Shown: in pieces, positions 45,048 through 55,868 of the stretch
Position numbering within the stretch: the first letter of the stretch is position 1
Layout: each line of letters starts with the position of its first letter
NCBI GenBank assembly: GCA_023205875.1
Contig: CP060755.1
Coordinates: 1,612,001-1,676,000, forward strand
Source: Chloropicon primus
Taxonomy: Eukaryota
Direction: 5' to 3'
Length of the DNA stretch: 64,000 nt
Made by a program: the position numbers and the translations under genes
Notes under the pieces: generated by a model
The model's database searches: none
Told to the model about the DNA's origin: nothing
The model's input: only the letters and a program-made list of their open reading frames with translations

Positions 45048-45674
45048 ATGAGCCTGTATGGGGACCTGCCCGAAGCGAAGGGGGGGGAGGCTCATGGAGG
45101 AGGGGGGGGCGCCGGCTACCTCGGTTCGCAAGGTGCGCTTTTTGCGGCCCCCCAGGCCCTGAAACGCCGGAAGCCAAAGTCGAAGGTCCTTCCGAGGCAG
45201 AGGCGGAAGTTGGGGTGTCTTCCACCGCAACCACAACCTCAACCAGGTCACTCGGGGGTGCACACCTCGCTGAGTGCCGTGAAGGACGAGTACAATCCGT
45301 CAACACCTTTTGATTACGACGCTTTCAGTGCGGAGCGGCGAGAAGAGGAGAAGGCCGGTGCGAGGAAGAAGGCCGTCGAGCTGCGGGAGTACCTTGGACT
45401 TCGGACAGGGAGGCAGTTCCAGCCCACTAGAGTGGACTTGAATGTATCAGGAGAGGAGGCCTTCCGTCGGAGAGCTGCTTTAGGGAGTGGGCGGAAAGGA
45501 ATCGAGGAGCGAAGGGAAGAGAGCCGGCCCAAGAGCGCTGCTGAACGCATGATGGCAAAGATGGGTTGGAAGGAAGGGGAGGGTCTGGGAAAGTCGAAGC
45601 AAGGGATGAAGCACCCGCTCGCGGCGCAGAAGACGTCCAGGTCAGGTGGAACTATAGTAGAAGGGCCAAGATGA
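45048..45674 (+). CDS. SPF45/DRT111/RBM17-like G-patch protein lacking the C-terminal UHM
   Basis: MSLYGDLP start, SPF45 motif DEYNPSTPFDY, SGEEAFRRRA, G-patch AERMMAKMGWKEGEGLGKSKQGM. Confidence 0.8.
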   Translation: MSLYGDLPEAKGGEAHGGGGGAGYLGSQGALFAAPQALKRRKPKSKVLPRQRRKLGCLPPQPQPQPGHSGVHTSLSAVKDEYNPSTPFDYDAFSAERREEEKAGARKKAVELREYLGLRTGRQFQPTRVDLNVSGEEAFRRRAALGSGRKGIEERREESRPKSAAERMMAKMGWKEGEGLGKSKQGMKHPLAAQKTSRSGGTIVEGPR

Positions 45675-45898
45675 GTAAGGGAGCTATTTTGTAGCACATC
45701 TCCTTGCTCAAGAGATCGATCGCCCCCGCCTCGGCCCCATCATTATATGTTTCGTGCACACAAGCTCCGTACTCCTGCCAAGCTCCCAAGCAGTCCACTG
45801 GCTGGGCGCAGCCCTCGGTGGTGCACTGCTCAATCTTTGTATGTAATTTTATATATAGTTCTCCAGCTTTTACAGCGCAACTGCTGGAGGCCGGCTGC

Positions 45899-47197
45899 TC
45901 ACATTTCCTTGGCAAGGAGAGACCTGTAGGTCGCTTTGGCTTCTTGGTATCTGTCCTTGAGGCTCTTGTAAAAAGCAACATCGTCGTCATCTCTTGCGAC
46001 TTGAGCCCCTCTTGACTTGGCCAGTGTTGGTGGCTTTTGACCACTCTCAGCGGTGACCTTGACGTCTTCTTCGGTCTTGGGGCGCTTTCCCAGGGTGGCT
46101 CTGCCCTCCTTCGCCAGCCTCAGTGCTTGGGGCAAGAGGGAGGGGTGGTCCACATCTTCCATGGACAGGTGGCGCTCGTTGGCTGCCCGCTCCTCTAGCA
46201 AGACAGACATCAGCTCCTTGTTGATGTGCTTCAGGTGCTTGATGACCTGAACCATCTTCTCCCGCTGCTCCTCGTGCTTCTCGAACCTCGCTCGAAACTT
46301 TTGAAAGTTCGAGGCCAGTTCCTGGTTCTGTTCCCGAAGCGCGGCGGCCTCGTGGTGGGACTTCTTCCTCTGGGTGGTCTCCTTGGAGAGGGCGGACTTG
46401 GCGGTGCTGAGCTCCTTCGCCATCGCACCCACCTTCTCTCGCGACTCCTCGTCAGACTGCACGGCCTTTGCAATCCTCGACTGCAGCCGCTCAAGCTCCC
46501 GTTGGCTCTGAGCGTTCTTCTGAAGCTCCTCTTTGTACCTGTCCTTGTAAATTTTGAGCCTAACCTTGAGCTGATCCTGCTGCTGAACGGCTTGCTTCTT
46601 GCCCTCCTCCGCCTCTCGCCTCTGCCTCTCCGCCAGTTCCTTCTCTGACGACGCCTTGCGAATCTTCTCCAGAAGCTGCTGGCTTCGCTTTGACTGCTGC
46701 GCAGCCTTGTCCTTCAAGTCCTTGATCTTCCTCTCGAAGGACTCCACGGTCGAGGCGATAACCTGCTGGTGCTCCCTCTGGAGCTGCGCGGCGTCCGGGG
46801 TATTGCTGGCGCTCCTCTCCGCGGCCAGAATTGCGGCCTCCTTGGTCTTCACCTCGACCCTCAGCCTCGCCACTTGACCCTCCAAGGAGGTTATTTCCCT
46901 CTCCCTGCTCCTCACCGTCCCCCGCAGGGCCGCGATCGCCGCGCTCTGGCTCGCGACCCTCGCCTCCAAGTGATCGTCCGCCTCGGGGACGACGGCGGGA
47001 GCTCGGGGGGACCGGGCGGGCGAGCCCCCCGCGAGACCCGACGGGGCCGGCATCCCAAGGGTCCTCAGAAGCCCCTCCAGCTTTCTCTGAGCCAAAACCA
47101 AGGACCTCCACTCCTCTTCCTCGTCGTCGTCGTCGCGTCGAGGAGGAGTGGATGCAGACGGCGAGTCCTCACCCCCCCTCAAACCTTTCGTCGTCAT
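45899..47197 (-). CDS. Coiled-coil protein of unknown function
   Basis: Long E/K/Q/R heptad-rich ORF; minus-strand TGTAA just downstream. Confidence 0.75.
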   Translation of the reverse strand: MTTKGLRGGEDSPSASTPPRRDDDDEEEEWRSLVLAQRKLEGLLRTLGMPAPSGLAGGSPARSPRAPAVVPEADDHLEARVASQSAAIAALRGTVRSREREITSLEGQVARLRVEVKTKEAAILAAERSASNTPDAAQLQREHQQVIASTVESFERKIKDLKDKAAQQSKRSQQLLEKIRKASSEKELAERQRREAEEGKKQAVQQQDQLKVRLKIYKDRYKEELQKNAQSQRELERLQSRIAKAVQSDEESREKVGAMAKELSTAKSALSKETTQRKKSHHEAAALREQNQELASNFQKFRARFEKHEEQREKMVQVIKHLKHINKELMSVLLEERAANERHLSMEDVDHPSLLPQALRLAKEGRATLGKRPKTEEDVKVTAESGQKPPTLAKSRGAQVARDDDDVAFYKSLKDRYQEAKATYRSLLAKEM

Positions 47198-47357
47198 CCT
47201 ATCGGTCTATTGTTCCCGTAAGTGTGTGCCCCTTGGTTCCCCCCTGGAGGAGGAGGAAGGCAGGGACTTGGGTGGTGGGTGGTGGCCGAACGACCGCGGT
47301 GCGGCCTCGCAACCCCGTGCGTAAGACGCCACAAGTCGTCTTCGTCTCGTTTTCGAA

Positions 47358-47492
47358 CCCCAATCCCAATCCCAATCCCAATCGAGTCGAGTCGGTCAGT
47401 GACGACCCCTGGAGGGATTTTTGGAGACGGCCCAAGACGCCCCTCCCAGGAAGGAAAGGAAAGGAAAGGAAAGGAAAGGAAAGGAAAGGAAA
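47358..47492. repeat. (CCCAAT)x4 and (GGAAA)x~8 short tandem repeats in a divergent intergenic region
   Basis: 47358-47382 and 47453-47492. Confidence 0.85.
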
Positions 47493-47881
47493 TGAGGGAC
47501 AGCCGCCAGTGATGGATCGAGTGAGAAACAATGACCGCCCCCCGGTCTCCTGGTCCTTGGGCCTGTCTTGGTCCTCGCCTTGGTCTTCCCAGTGTGTGTG
47601 TGTGTGTGTGTTGTCCCGGTGGGGTTGTCCTTGGGATGAGGTGCACTTTGGATCTGGACATTCTACTTTCCCTTTCCCGTATGGAAATGTTTCTTCCCCG
47701 CGCGGAAAAAACGGACGGCTCGTAATCTGCCAGGAGACGCCGCCGAGAGGAGCGAAAACAAACAATCACGGAGTGTACCGCCGGCCAAGGACGAGGACGA
47801 ATTGTACTTGCTTGCTTTGCTTGCGTTTGCGACGACTGGACGGGGGACGAGAGAGGGAAGGAGGGAGAAGAACAAGGGAAG

Positions 47882-48430
47882 ATGATCGAACTGGCCAAGG
47901 CGGTGCTGTACCTGGCGATACCAATGCCGCACGCGTTCTACGCGTTGCTGTGGAACAAGCCGCAGGTTTGGAAGAAGGTGGCGAAGAAGACCAAGGTTCC
48001 GCCGGTGGACCTCCTGGCGATCGTGGCGCTTTGCATGAAGGTGGTGCAGTTCTTCAGCTTTGTATTCTACATAATGACGCTCCTCGGGACGAACGCGTTC
48101 ACCGAGACTTTGCGATTGGCCCACCCCATGACCCTGCTCTTCGGAGGGGTCCTCTTCGCCGTGGGCCAGGCTCTCAACATCGGGGTGTACAAGACCTTGG
48201 GGAAGGACGGTGTATACTATGGAATCAAGTACGGGAAGAAGGTGCCGTGGGTCACGGGCTTCCCCTTCAGCATCTGCCCCCACCCCCAGTACATCGGCTC
48301 CTCGCTGTCCGTCTGGGGTGCGCTTTGGCCCATCATCAGGGTCTTCCCGGGCAACCTCGTCGACCTCGCGGCCGTTGGACTGTACTGGAGCGCGATGTAC
48401 GCCACCTCCTCCGTGATCGAGTCGCACTAA
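47882..48430 (+). CDS. Phospholipid N-methyltransferase (PEMT/PLMT family)
   Basis: GQALNIGVYKTLGKDGVYYG, VPWVTGFPF, PHPQYIGS; hydrophobic protein. Confidence 0.9.
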   Translation: MIELAKAVLYLAIPMPHAFYALLWNKPQVWKKVAKKTKVPPVDLLAIVALCMKVVQFFSFVFYIMTLLGTNAFTETLRLAHPMTLLFGGVLFAVGQALNIGVYKTLGKDGVYYGIKYGKKVPWVTGFPFSICPHPQYIGSSLSVWGALWPIIRVFPGNLVDLAAVGLYWSAMYATSSVIESH

Positions 48431-48778
48431 GCCACTGAGAGAGAGAGAGAGAGGAGGAGTCAAGGCAAGGGTTTTATTTTTCGCTGGGCGCCGAGCGACG
48501 AAGGGTCGTGCTGGTGCGCAACTCTTCGACGTCGAGAGAATCCCCTGATAATAATTATTGGCCAATCTATCATAATTATCGCCACCGCCCGCCGCTCTCA
48601 GCTCCCCCACGCTCACTCCGCCCCCGAGCATCTGCTGGACGCCTTGGACGGCCTTTCCTTGGTTGTCGAACGCTTGCGCAAAGTCCCTCCTCGCTCACGC
48701 AAGCTGATTATTTGTGATAAAAGAATACATTTTCGGAAGCCCTGAACCCACGCCACGCCACCCTTCTCTCGTCTCAAG

Positions 48779-50071
48779 TCACCCCCTCCTCCTCAAGTGT
48801 ACCACGCACTCGGACCACTCCGTGTACGGGAAGTGATCAAAGACCTTGAAGCTCCTCAGCTCGTGGGTGTTCGTCAATTGCTCCAGACAAGCCTTGAGCG
48901 TCTCGGCGTTGCAAGATATGTAGATGATGTGATCGAAGGCGTTCGCGACGTGGAGGGTGTTGGGGTCGAGACCTGCCCTCGGGGGGTCCACAAGAATCGT
49001 GGAGAAGTCGAACCCAGAGTAGGCTTGGAAATCTCCTCCCCTCTTCGCTCGAACATTCTGACTGAACTTCATGCAGCACGACTGGCACAGCTGCACGTTG
49101 GCAACCGAATTGCTTCTCATGTTCTCCCTCGCCGCACTGACGAGGGACTTGTTCAGCTCCACCGAAAGGATCCTGGAGAAGTGCGGTGACAAAGGCACCG
49201 TGTAATTCCCGTTCCCGCAGTACAAGTCCAGCAAATCCCTCCGGACCCCACCGTCGTCTCGCGCGATCTGCGAGGCGAGGCCGCAAATGTGTTCGATCGT
49301 CCTCTTGCAGATCTCTCCGTTCGGATTGCTGAATGAGCCCTCGACCTGCTTCCAACTCAGAACGGAGTCGTTGATGCGCATGGACTCCACGACGTAATCC
49401 TTCCCGCACACGAGCTTGACCCCCTTCGACCTGCCAATCAGAGATACCGAGAGACTGTCCCCGAGCCTCTTCGCCTCACGCTGCCACTGCTCCGCGTCCT
49501 CGAGGGGCTTGTCGTAGACGAGAGTCACCACAACGTCCTTCTCTGCGAGGGTCGTCAGGTAATGAATGCCAGTCAGGTTCGTTCTCAGGACCGGAGACCC
49601 CCGCCCCAGCGCGTCCGCTACCTTTGGCATCAGGGCATTGATCTGCTTCGAGGCGACGGGGTAGGACGAGACCGAGACCCGGGGTCCCCCGCGGTTGTAG
49701 AGAGTGTGTGTGAGAGAGAGCCCATCGACGCCGTCACCGTCGCAGCTGACGCCAAACCGACACCTCAGCCTGAAGTACGCCTTCGGCGACACCTCCCGCG
49801 TCACCTCGCACCCGTCCCGATCGAGGAGATCCCCGAAGGTCCCCTCTATGCCCCTTATTTTCGCTCCTAGGACCTCCTCATACTCCTCGGGTTTGTAACT
49901 GGAGAGCAGGGGTATCCCTGCTCCCTCCCTCGACTCCGCCCTCACCACTTTCGACGGCCCGCCGGCCCTGCTCCTCGCGAAGCCTCCGCCTGATGTCCCG
50001 CTCCTCCCCGCTCCCTCCCTCGACTCCGCCCTCACCACTTTCGACGGCCCGCCGGCCCTGCTCCTCTCCAT
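48779..50071 (-). CDS. trmA: tRNA m5U54 methyltransferase, TrmA type
   Basis: QVEGSFSNPN, DLLDLYCGNGN, VDPPRAGLD, YISCN (catalytic Cys), FDHFPYT. Confidence 0.88.
   Translation of the reverse strand: MERSRAGGPSKVVRAESREGAGRSGTSGGGFARSRAGGPSKVVRAESREGAGIPLLSSYKPEEYEEVLGAKIRGIEGTFGDLLDRDGCEVTREVSPKAYFRLRCRFGVSCDGDGVDGLSLTHTLYNRGGPRVSVSSYPVASKQINALMPKVADALGRGSPVLRTNLTGIHYLTTLAEKDVVVTLVYDKPLEDAEQWQREAKRLGDSLSVSLIGRSKGVKLVCGKDYVVESMRINDSVLSWKQVEGSFSNPNGEICKRTIEHICGLASQIARDDGGVRRDLLDLYCGNGNYTVPLSPHFSRILSVELNKSLVSAARENMRSNSVANVQLCQSCCMKFSQNVRAKRGGDFQAYSGFDFSTILVDPPRAGLDPNTLHVANAFDHIIYISCNAETLKACLEQLTNTHELRSFKVFDHFPYTEWSECVVHLRRRG
49920..50066. repeat. 57-bp exact direct repeat (period 90) in the TrmA N-terminus
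   Basis: 49920-49976 equals 50010-50066; encodes RSRAGGPSKVVRAESREGA twice. Confidence 0.95.
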
Positions 50072-50154
50072 CTCCTTCCCTCTGCTGCTTCTGCTCTGCT
50101 TTCTCTCTAGAGAGAGGGAAGGAGAGGAGAGGAGGGAGAGGGGTTGTTTGAGGG

Positions 50155-51486
50155 ATGGGCGAGATGTTGTGGAGGGGAGGAGGTGCTGGAGGGGTGACGC
50201 CGATGCAAGGAGTGCTGCTGTTCGTGGTGCTCAAGTTTCTCTTCACGAGCTGGCTGGAGACGAGGCAACTGAGGGAGTTGAAGAAGAGGACGGCCCCCAA
50301 GGAGCTCAAGCACCTCGTGACGAAGAAGGAGTTCTCCGCGACGAGGGAGTACGGCTTGGACAAGTGGCACTTTGGGTTCCTCGCCGCCACGGTCGACGTG
50401 GCGGAGAACATTGCGTTCCTGGCCTGGGGGGGGCTGGCCTACTTCTGGTCCCTCTCGGGCGACCTCGGGGCGTACGTGCCTGCCTACAAGTGGTTCGACG
50501 GGGAGGTGCGGCAGGCCGTTGTCTTCACGGTGATCTACGGCGTGGCGACGACGATCATGGACCAACCCTTCGTGCTGTACGACACCTTCGTCATCGAGCA
50601 GAAGCACGGCTTCAACAGGAAGACCTTCAAGATCTACCTCGCCGACCTGGTCAAGTCGCTGGGTCTCATGGTGGTGCTCGCCCCGCCCTTCGTCACCTCC
50701 ATCGTCGTAATCCTGAGGAACACCGGCCCCCACGTCGCCCTTTACCTGTGGGTCTTCCTCCTGGCCTTCAACCTCTTCATCATGACGGTCTACCCCACGG
50801 TGATTGCCCCCATGTTCAACAAGTACGAGCCGTTGGCGGAGGGGGCCTTGAAGACGAAGATCGAGGCCCTGGCGAGGGGGCTGGATTTTCCGCTTCAGAA
50901 GCTCTTCGTCGTGGACGCCAGCACCCGGTCGTCCCACTCCAACGCCTACATGTACGGCTTCTTCAAGAACAAGCGGATTGTCATCTACGACACCTTGATC
51001 TCCCAATGCACTGAGGAGGAAATCGTGGCCATCCTCGCCCACGAGCTCGGACATTGGAAGAGGCGCCACACGCCCATCCTCTTCGCCAGCTCGATGACCG
51101 TCCTGCTCCTGCAGCTCACGTGCTACACCTACGTCTCCAGCTGGGGGGGGCTCTTTGAGTCGTTCGGGTTCTCCGGCTCGAAGCCCGCCTTCATCGGGAT
51201 GGTCCTCTTCTCCATCGTGATCGGCCCCGTGGATGTCGTGATCGGCTTCCTCAGCAACGTCCTCAGCCGAGTCTTCGAGTACCAGGCGGACAGGTTCGCC
51301 GTGGACCAAGGGTACGCGAAGCAGCTCAAGTCCGGGCTCATCAAGCTGCACAAGGAGAACAAGAGCGACTACAACATCGATCACCTGTACTCTGCTTTTC
51401 ATTTTTCTCACCCTTCCTTGATCGAAAGGATCAAGCACATCGATCGGCTCGGCGCGGAGGCTGCTTCCTTGGCGAAGGAGGACTGA
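50155..51486 (+). CDS. STE24: CAAX prenyl protease 1 (M48 zinc metalloprotease)
   Basis: IEQKHGFN, STRSSHSNAYMYG, AHELGHW, FEYQADRFA, HFSHPSLIERI. Confidence 0.95.
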   Translation: MGEMLWRGGGAGGVTPMQGVLLFVVLKFLFTSWLETRQLRELKKRTAPKELKHLVTKKEFSATREYGLDKWHFGFLAATVDVAENIAFLAWGGLAYFWSLSGDLGAYVPAYKWFDGEVRQAVVFTVIYGVATTIMDQPFVLYDTFVIEQKHGFNRKTFKIYLADLVKSLGLMVVLAPPFVTSIVVILRNTGPHVALYLWVFLLAFNLFIMTVYPTVIAPMFNKYEPLAEGALKTKIEALARGLDFPLQKLFVVDASTRSSHSNAYMYGFFKNKRIVIYDTLISQCTEEEIVAILAHELGHWKRRHTPILFASSMTVLLLQLTCYTYVSSWGGLFESFGFSGSKPAFIGMVLFSIVIGPVDVVIGFLSNVLSRVFEYQADRFAVDQGYAKQLKSGLIKLHKENKSDYNIDHLYSAFHFSHPSLIERIKHIDRLGAEAASLAKED

Positions 51487-51726
51487 CGCCTTGGGTGGTT
51501 TTGTATCTACACTATCTACACTACACTTTATTCCTATTTTATCGTATACCAACAGCAGCCCCCCTAAATATCTTAGGCCCTCTTTTCATTTTTCCTGCCA
51601 ACGGGGACGAAAAAGCGGCTGACGACCCGAGCCACCCACCCAAACCAAACCCGCGACAGGAGGACAGGAGCGACAGGAGCGACAGGAGAGAGACACGGGA
51701 GAAAGACCTTGAGAACTCGTGGAAGT

Positions 51727-54202
51727 ATGATTAGAGCGGCGGTCATGGAAGCCCTGAGGCGTGTGAGCCACGGCTCGAACAACGGGAGGCAGCTGAGGAC
51801 TGCACCCTTTGTGTTGAGATCGTCCACCACGACCTTCTCCTCGGCGAGTGCCGGAGCGGCCGCAGCGGCGGAGAAGCAGCCCACCATCATCTACACGTTG
51901 ACGGACGAGGCGCCTCTGCTCGCGACCTACTCCTTCTTGCCAATCCTCCAGACCTTCGCCTCCAGGTGAGTAAAAACCTCAATTTTCCCTTGTTCTTCTT
52001 CTCCCTTCCTTTTGTTTTGCTCACACAACGAACGACGCGCTCCGCTCCCTCCTTCCTTGCTTCCGTCTCCATCCCCGCAGGGCGGGCGTTGGGGTCGAGA
52101 CGAGGGACATTTCCCTGTCCGGCCGCATCTTGGCTCAGTTCGGACAGTCTCACGACGCCCTCGCGGAGCTCGGGGACCTGTGCCTCAAGCCGGAGGCCAA
52201 CGTCATCAAGCTGCCAAACATCTCGGCCTCCGTGCCTCAGCTCAAGGCCGCCATCGCCGAGCTCCAGCAGAAGGGCTACGACTTGCCCGACTACCCTGAG
52301 GAGCCCGCGAACGCGGAGGAGGAGAAGATCAAGTCCCTTTACGACAAGGTCAAGGGGTCTGCCGTCAACCCCGTCCTCAGGGAGGGGAACAGCGACAGGA
52401 GGGCCCCCAATGCGGTCAAGGCCTACGCCAAGAAGCACCCACACGCCATGGGAGAGTGGACCAAGGACTCCAAGAGCCACGTTTCCAGCATGTCCAAGGG
52501 AGACTTTTACGCCTCCGAGAGGTCGATGACTGTCGCCAAGGCGACCGAGGTGGACATCGTCTTCGTTGCTGAGGACGGCTCCAGGACGGTCCTGAAGAAG
52601 GGAATCGCTCTTGAGGACGGCGAAGTGATCGACACCGCGACCATGGACATGGCCGAGCTCAGGGAATTCATCAAGGGAGAGGTCGAGGACTCCAAGAAGA
52701 ACGGAACCCTCTTCTCGCTCCACATGAAGGCCACCATGATGAAGGTGAGCGATCCAATCATCTTCGGCGCGGTCGTAGAGACGTTCTTCGCCCCTGTGTT
52801 CGAGAAGTACGCCGACCTCTTCGAGAGGACGGGCGTGGATGTCAAGAACGGCTTGGGAGACTTGCTTGACAAGGCAGAGACTCATTTCACCGAGGAGGAG
52901 AAGAGGGAGGTCCTCGCTGCAGTGGAGCAGGCTCTCAAGGACGGACCAGCTCTGGCCATGGTGAACTCCGACAAGGGGATCACCAACCTCCACGTCCCAT
53001 CGGACGTTATTATTGACGCCTCTATGCCCGTGGTCGTCCGTGACTCTGGAAAGATGTGGAACGCCGCTGGAGAGTTGCAGGACACCAAGGCTGTCATCCC
53101 AGACAGGTGCTACTCTGGTGTGTACGATGCCGTGATCAGGTTCTGCCAGGAGAACGGTGCGTTGGACCCAACCAAGATGGGATCCGTTCCAAACGTCGGC
53201 CTGATGGCCAAGAAGGCCGAGGAGTACGGAAGCCACGACAAGACGTTCCAGATGGAGCAGAACGGAAAGGTGGAGATCGTTGACGCTGCCGGCAACGTTC
53301 TGGGAGATCTCACCCAGAACGTCAACGGCGGAGACATTTTCCGCATGTGCCAGGTGAAGGACGCCCCTATCAAGGACTGGGTGAAGCTTGCCGCCAACAG
53401 GGCCAGGGCAACCGGCGATCCAGCCATCTTCTGGCTCGACGCCAACCGCCCTCACCACAGAGAGCTTATCAAGAAGGTGGACGCCTACCTCCCAGAGTTC
53501 GACACTGGAAACTTGGACCTTTCTATCGCTTCCCCTGTTGATGCCACCAAGACCTCCCTCGAGCGCATTGCCAAGGGACAGAACACCATCTCTTGCACTG
53601 GCAACGTCCTTCGTGACTACCTCACTGACTTATTCCCAATCCTTGAGGTTGGAACCTCCGCGAAGATGCTTAGCATCGTGCCTCTGATGAACGGTGGCGG
53701 CCTTTTCGAGACTGGCGCCGGTGGGTCCGCTCCAAAGCACGTCCAGCAGCTCGTCGAGCAGAACTATTTGAGGTGGGACTCCCTTGGTGAGTTCATGGCC
53801 CTCGTTCCTGCTTTCGAGCACATTGCCGAGTCCACCAGCAACGGCAGGGCATCCCTGCTGGCCACTACCCTCGATTCCGCGGTCGGAAAGTTCCTTGACG
53901 AGAACAAGAGCCCAACTCGCCGCCTCGGTGGCATCGACAACAGAGGAAGCCACTACTACCTCGCTCTCTTCTGGGCCGAGGAGCTTGCTGCCAACACTGT
54001 TGACGCTGATCTTGCCAACGCCTTCACTGACATGGCCACCGCTCTCAGGCAGAACGAGGACAAGATCGTCGAGGAGTTGCTCTCCGTCCAAGGTCCTTCT
54101 GCGGACATTGGTGGCTACTACAAGCCAGACGACGACAAGGCCGAGAAGGTCATGAGACCATCCGGAACTCTCAACGCGATCATCGAGAACGCTAAGGCAT
54201 GA
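51727..54202 (+). CDS. Monomeric-type NADP-dependent isocitrate dehydrogenase with organellar presequence, 2 exons (51727-51965, 52081-54202)
   Basis: [79 protein letters not shown]. Confidence 0.95.
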
Positions 54203-54359
54203 GCTGTCCGAAGTAGCGGAGCAGGCAAGTGGCGCAATGTAGTAAGCCCGAGTTTTGGGCTCTGCATTAAATTTATTTCCTAAGCTGTATGTAGGAAGCA
54301 TTTTTCGAAGCCTCGCTAGGAGGTCCTTCAAGTCCCGGTCCCCTGAACTCGAAACACAA

Positions 54360-54863
54360 CTAACTCTTGTTGATCCCTCCCATGAAGGTGCTTGCGTCGG
54401 GCACCACCCCGTTGACCTCCGCCCCGCTAAAGTCGAACCCGGGGTGCTCGAGCTGAAACCTCTCCAGCAGCAGCCGCTTCTGCTCGCTTTCCCGGTCCTG
54501 GACGCTTATGGCCTCGTGACCTTGGAACACTCCCGACCAGCTCTCTCCTTCTTTGAACTTCTGCAGGGTGAGGGATATCAATCCGCTCTTCGAGTCCAGC
54601 GTCCAGAACGACTCGTCAGGCTTCACCTGTCCCACAAGCTCGTGATCAAACAGAGTCTCGAACTCTTCCTTGTCCACACGGCTGCAAGAGGTGGCTTCGA
54701 GTTTCACCCGGTTTGGCCTTATGACGCACTTCACGTTCCTCTTGGCGTTCAGCCCCGTCGAGCACCTCACCACCACGTTCACCTCCTCCACGTTCTGACT
54801 CCACTCGTACCCCCCGTGCCCTCCCTCCACACCCTCCACCCTGTACCTCCCCTCCTCCTCCAT
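54360..54863 (-). CDS. NudC-domain (CS/p23-like) protein, NUDCD2-like
   Basis: YEWSQNVEEV, DESFWTL, KRLLLERFQLEHPGFDFSGAE. Confidence 0.85.
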   Translation of the reverse strand: MEEEGRYRVEGVEGGHGGYEWSQNVEEVNVVVRCSTGLNAKRNVKCVIRPNRVKLEATSCSRVDKEEFETLFDHELVGQVKPDESFWTLDSKSGLISLTLQKFKEGESWSGVFQGHEAISVQDRESEQKRLLLERFQLEHPGFDFSGAEVNGVVPDASTFMGGINKS

Positions 54864-55004
54864 CCTCTCCCACTCAAGCACTCGTGGTCGACCACAGGAT
54901 CAGACCACTGACGACCCACGAGCAGGAGAACAGGAGGAAGGGGGGCTGGCGTTGGAGAGGGGGAGGGTGGTGGCGAACGAGTGCGAGTGCAGTGCTGAGA
55001 AAGG

Positions 55005-55868
55005 ATGGGGATGATGGGAAAGAGACACGTGGGAAACCGCTTTGATTGTGTGGTGGTGAAGCTTGGAGGTGCTGCGATTACGAGGAAGGGAGAGCTGGAG
55101 ACGCTGGATCACGAGGTCCTGGGAGCGGTTGTCGAGCACATTCGACTTGTGAAGGAAGACCAAGGAGGGAAACTGCGCCTGGTGGTCGTGCATGGGGCTG
55201 GAAGCTTTGGGCACTTTCAGGCCAAGGAGTATGGAGTCCAAGGGGGCTCACTGGACGACGAGCGGACAATCAGAGGATTCGCAGAGACGAGGGTGAGCGT
55301 GACCAAGCTGAATCATGCCGTGGTCTCTGCTCTCACCGAGGCTGGGATTCCTGCGGTAGGCATCTCGCCCTGCGGTTTCTGGGACGAGGAGGCCTCGCCA
55401 AAGTCGATTGAGATTCTCAAGCACCTCCTGGCTTCTGGCTTCGTCCCGGTCGTTCACGGGGATGCCATAATCCAGGGGGACAGGACAGTTATCCTCTCTG
55501 GAGATCGAATAGTCAACTACCTCAGCGTGGAGGCTCTGAGGCCTCGCTTCGTGCTCTTTCTCTCCGACGTGGACGGCATATTCGACAGGCCGCCTGCAAG
55601 CGACGGGGCCCAGCTGATTCGGGAGATAGAGGTGGAAGCGAGTGGACGCTTTGAGCAAAAAGTGGAGTTTGCCTCGGGCCATGACCACGACACCACGGGA
55701 GGCATGGCGGCCAAGGTCGAGGACGGGGTCTTCATCGCAAAGCACGGGATCGATGTTCTGATCGCGCGAGCAGGATCGACCGCCGCGCTGTGCGCTCTCC
55801 AAAGAACGTTTCCAGCTTGTCTCAGCGACGACAAGTGGCGGGGGACCCGTATTAGTCTCAAGGGGTGA
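55005..55868 (+). CDS. IPK: Isopentenyl phosphate kinase (amino-acid kinase fold)
   Basis: VKLGGAAITRK, VHGAGSFGHFQA (IPK His), PVVHGDA, ILSGD, DTTGGM. Confidence 0.88.
   Translation: MGMMGKRHVGNRFDCVVVKLGGAAITRKGELETLDHEVLGAVVEHIRLVKEDQGGKLRLVVVHGAGSFGHFQAKEYGVQGGSLDDERTIRGFAETRVSVTKLNHAVVSALTEAGIPAVGISPCGFWDEEASPKSIEILKHLLASGFVPVVHGDAIIQGDRTVILSGDRIVNYLSVEALRPRFVLFLSDVDGIFDRPPASDGAQLIREIEVEASGRFEQKVEFASGHDHDTTGGMAAKVEDGVFIAKHGIDVLIARAGSTAALCALQRTFPACLSDDKWRGTRISLKG

Noticed and set aside
47358..51688. Short tandem repeats (CCCAAT, GGAAA, CGACAGGAG) as telomeric or CRISPR-like arrays
   Set aside because: Few units, no spacers and not the TTTAGGG-type repeat; ordinary simple repeats.
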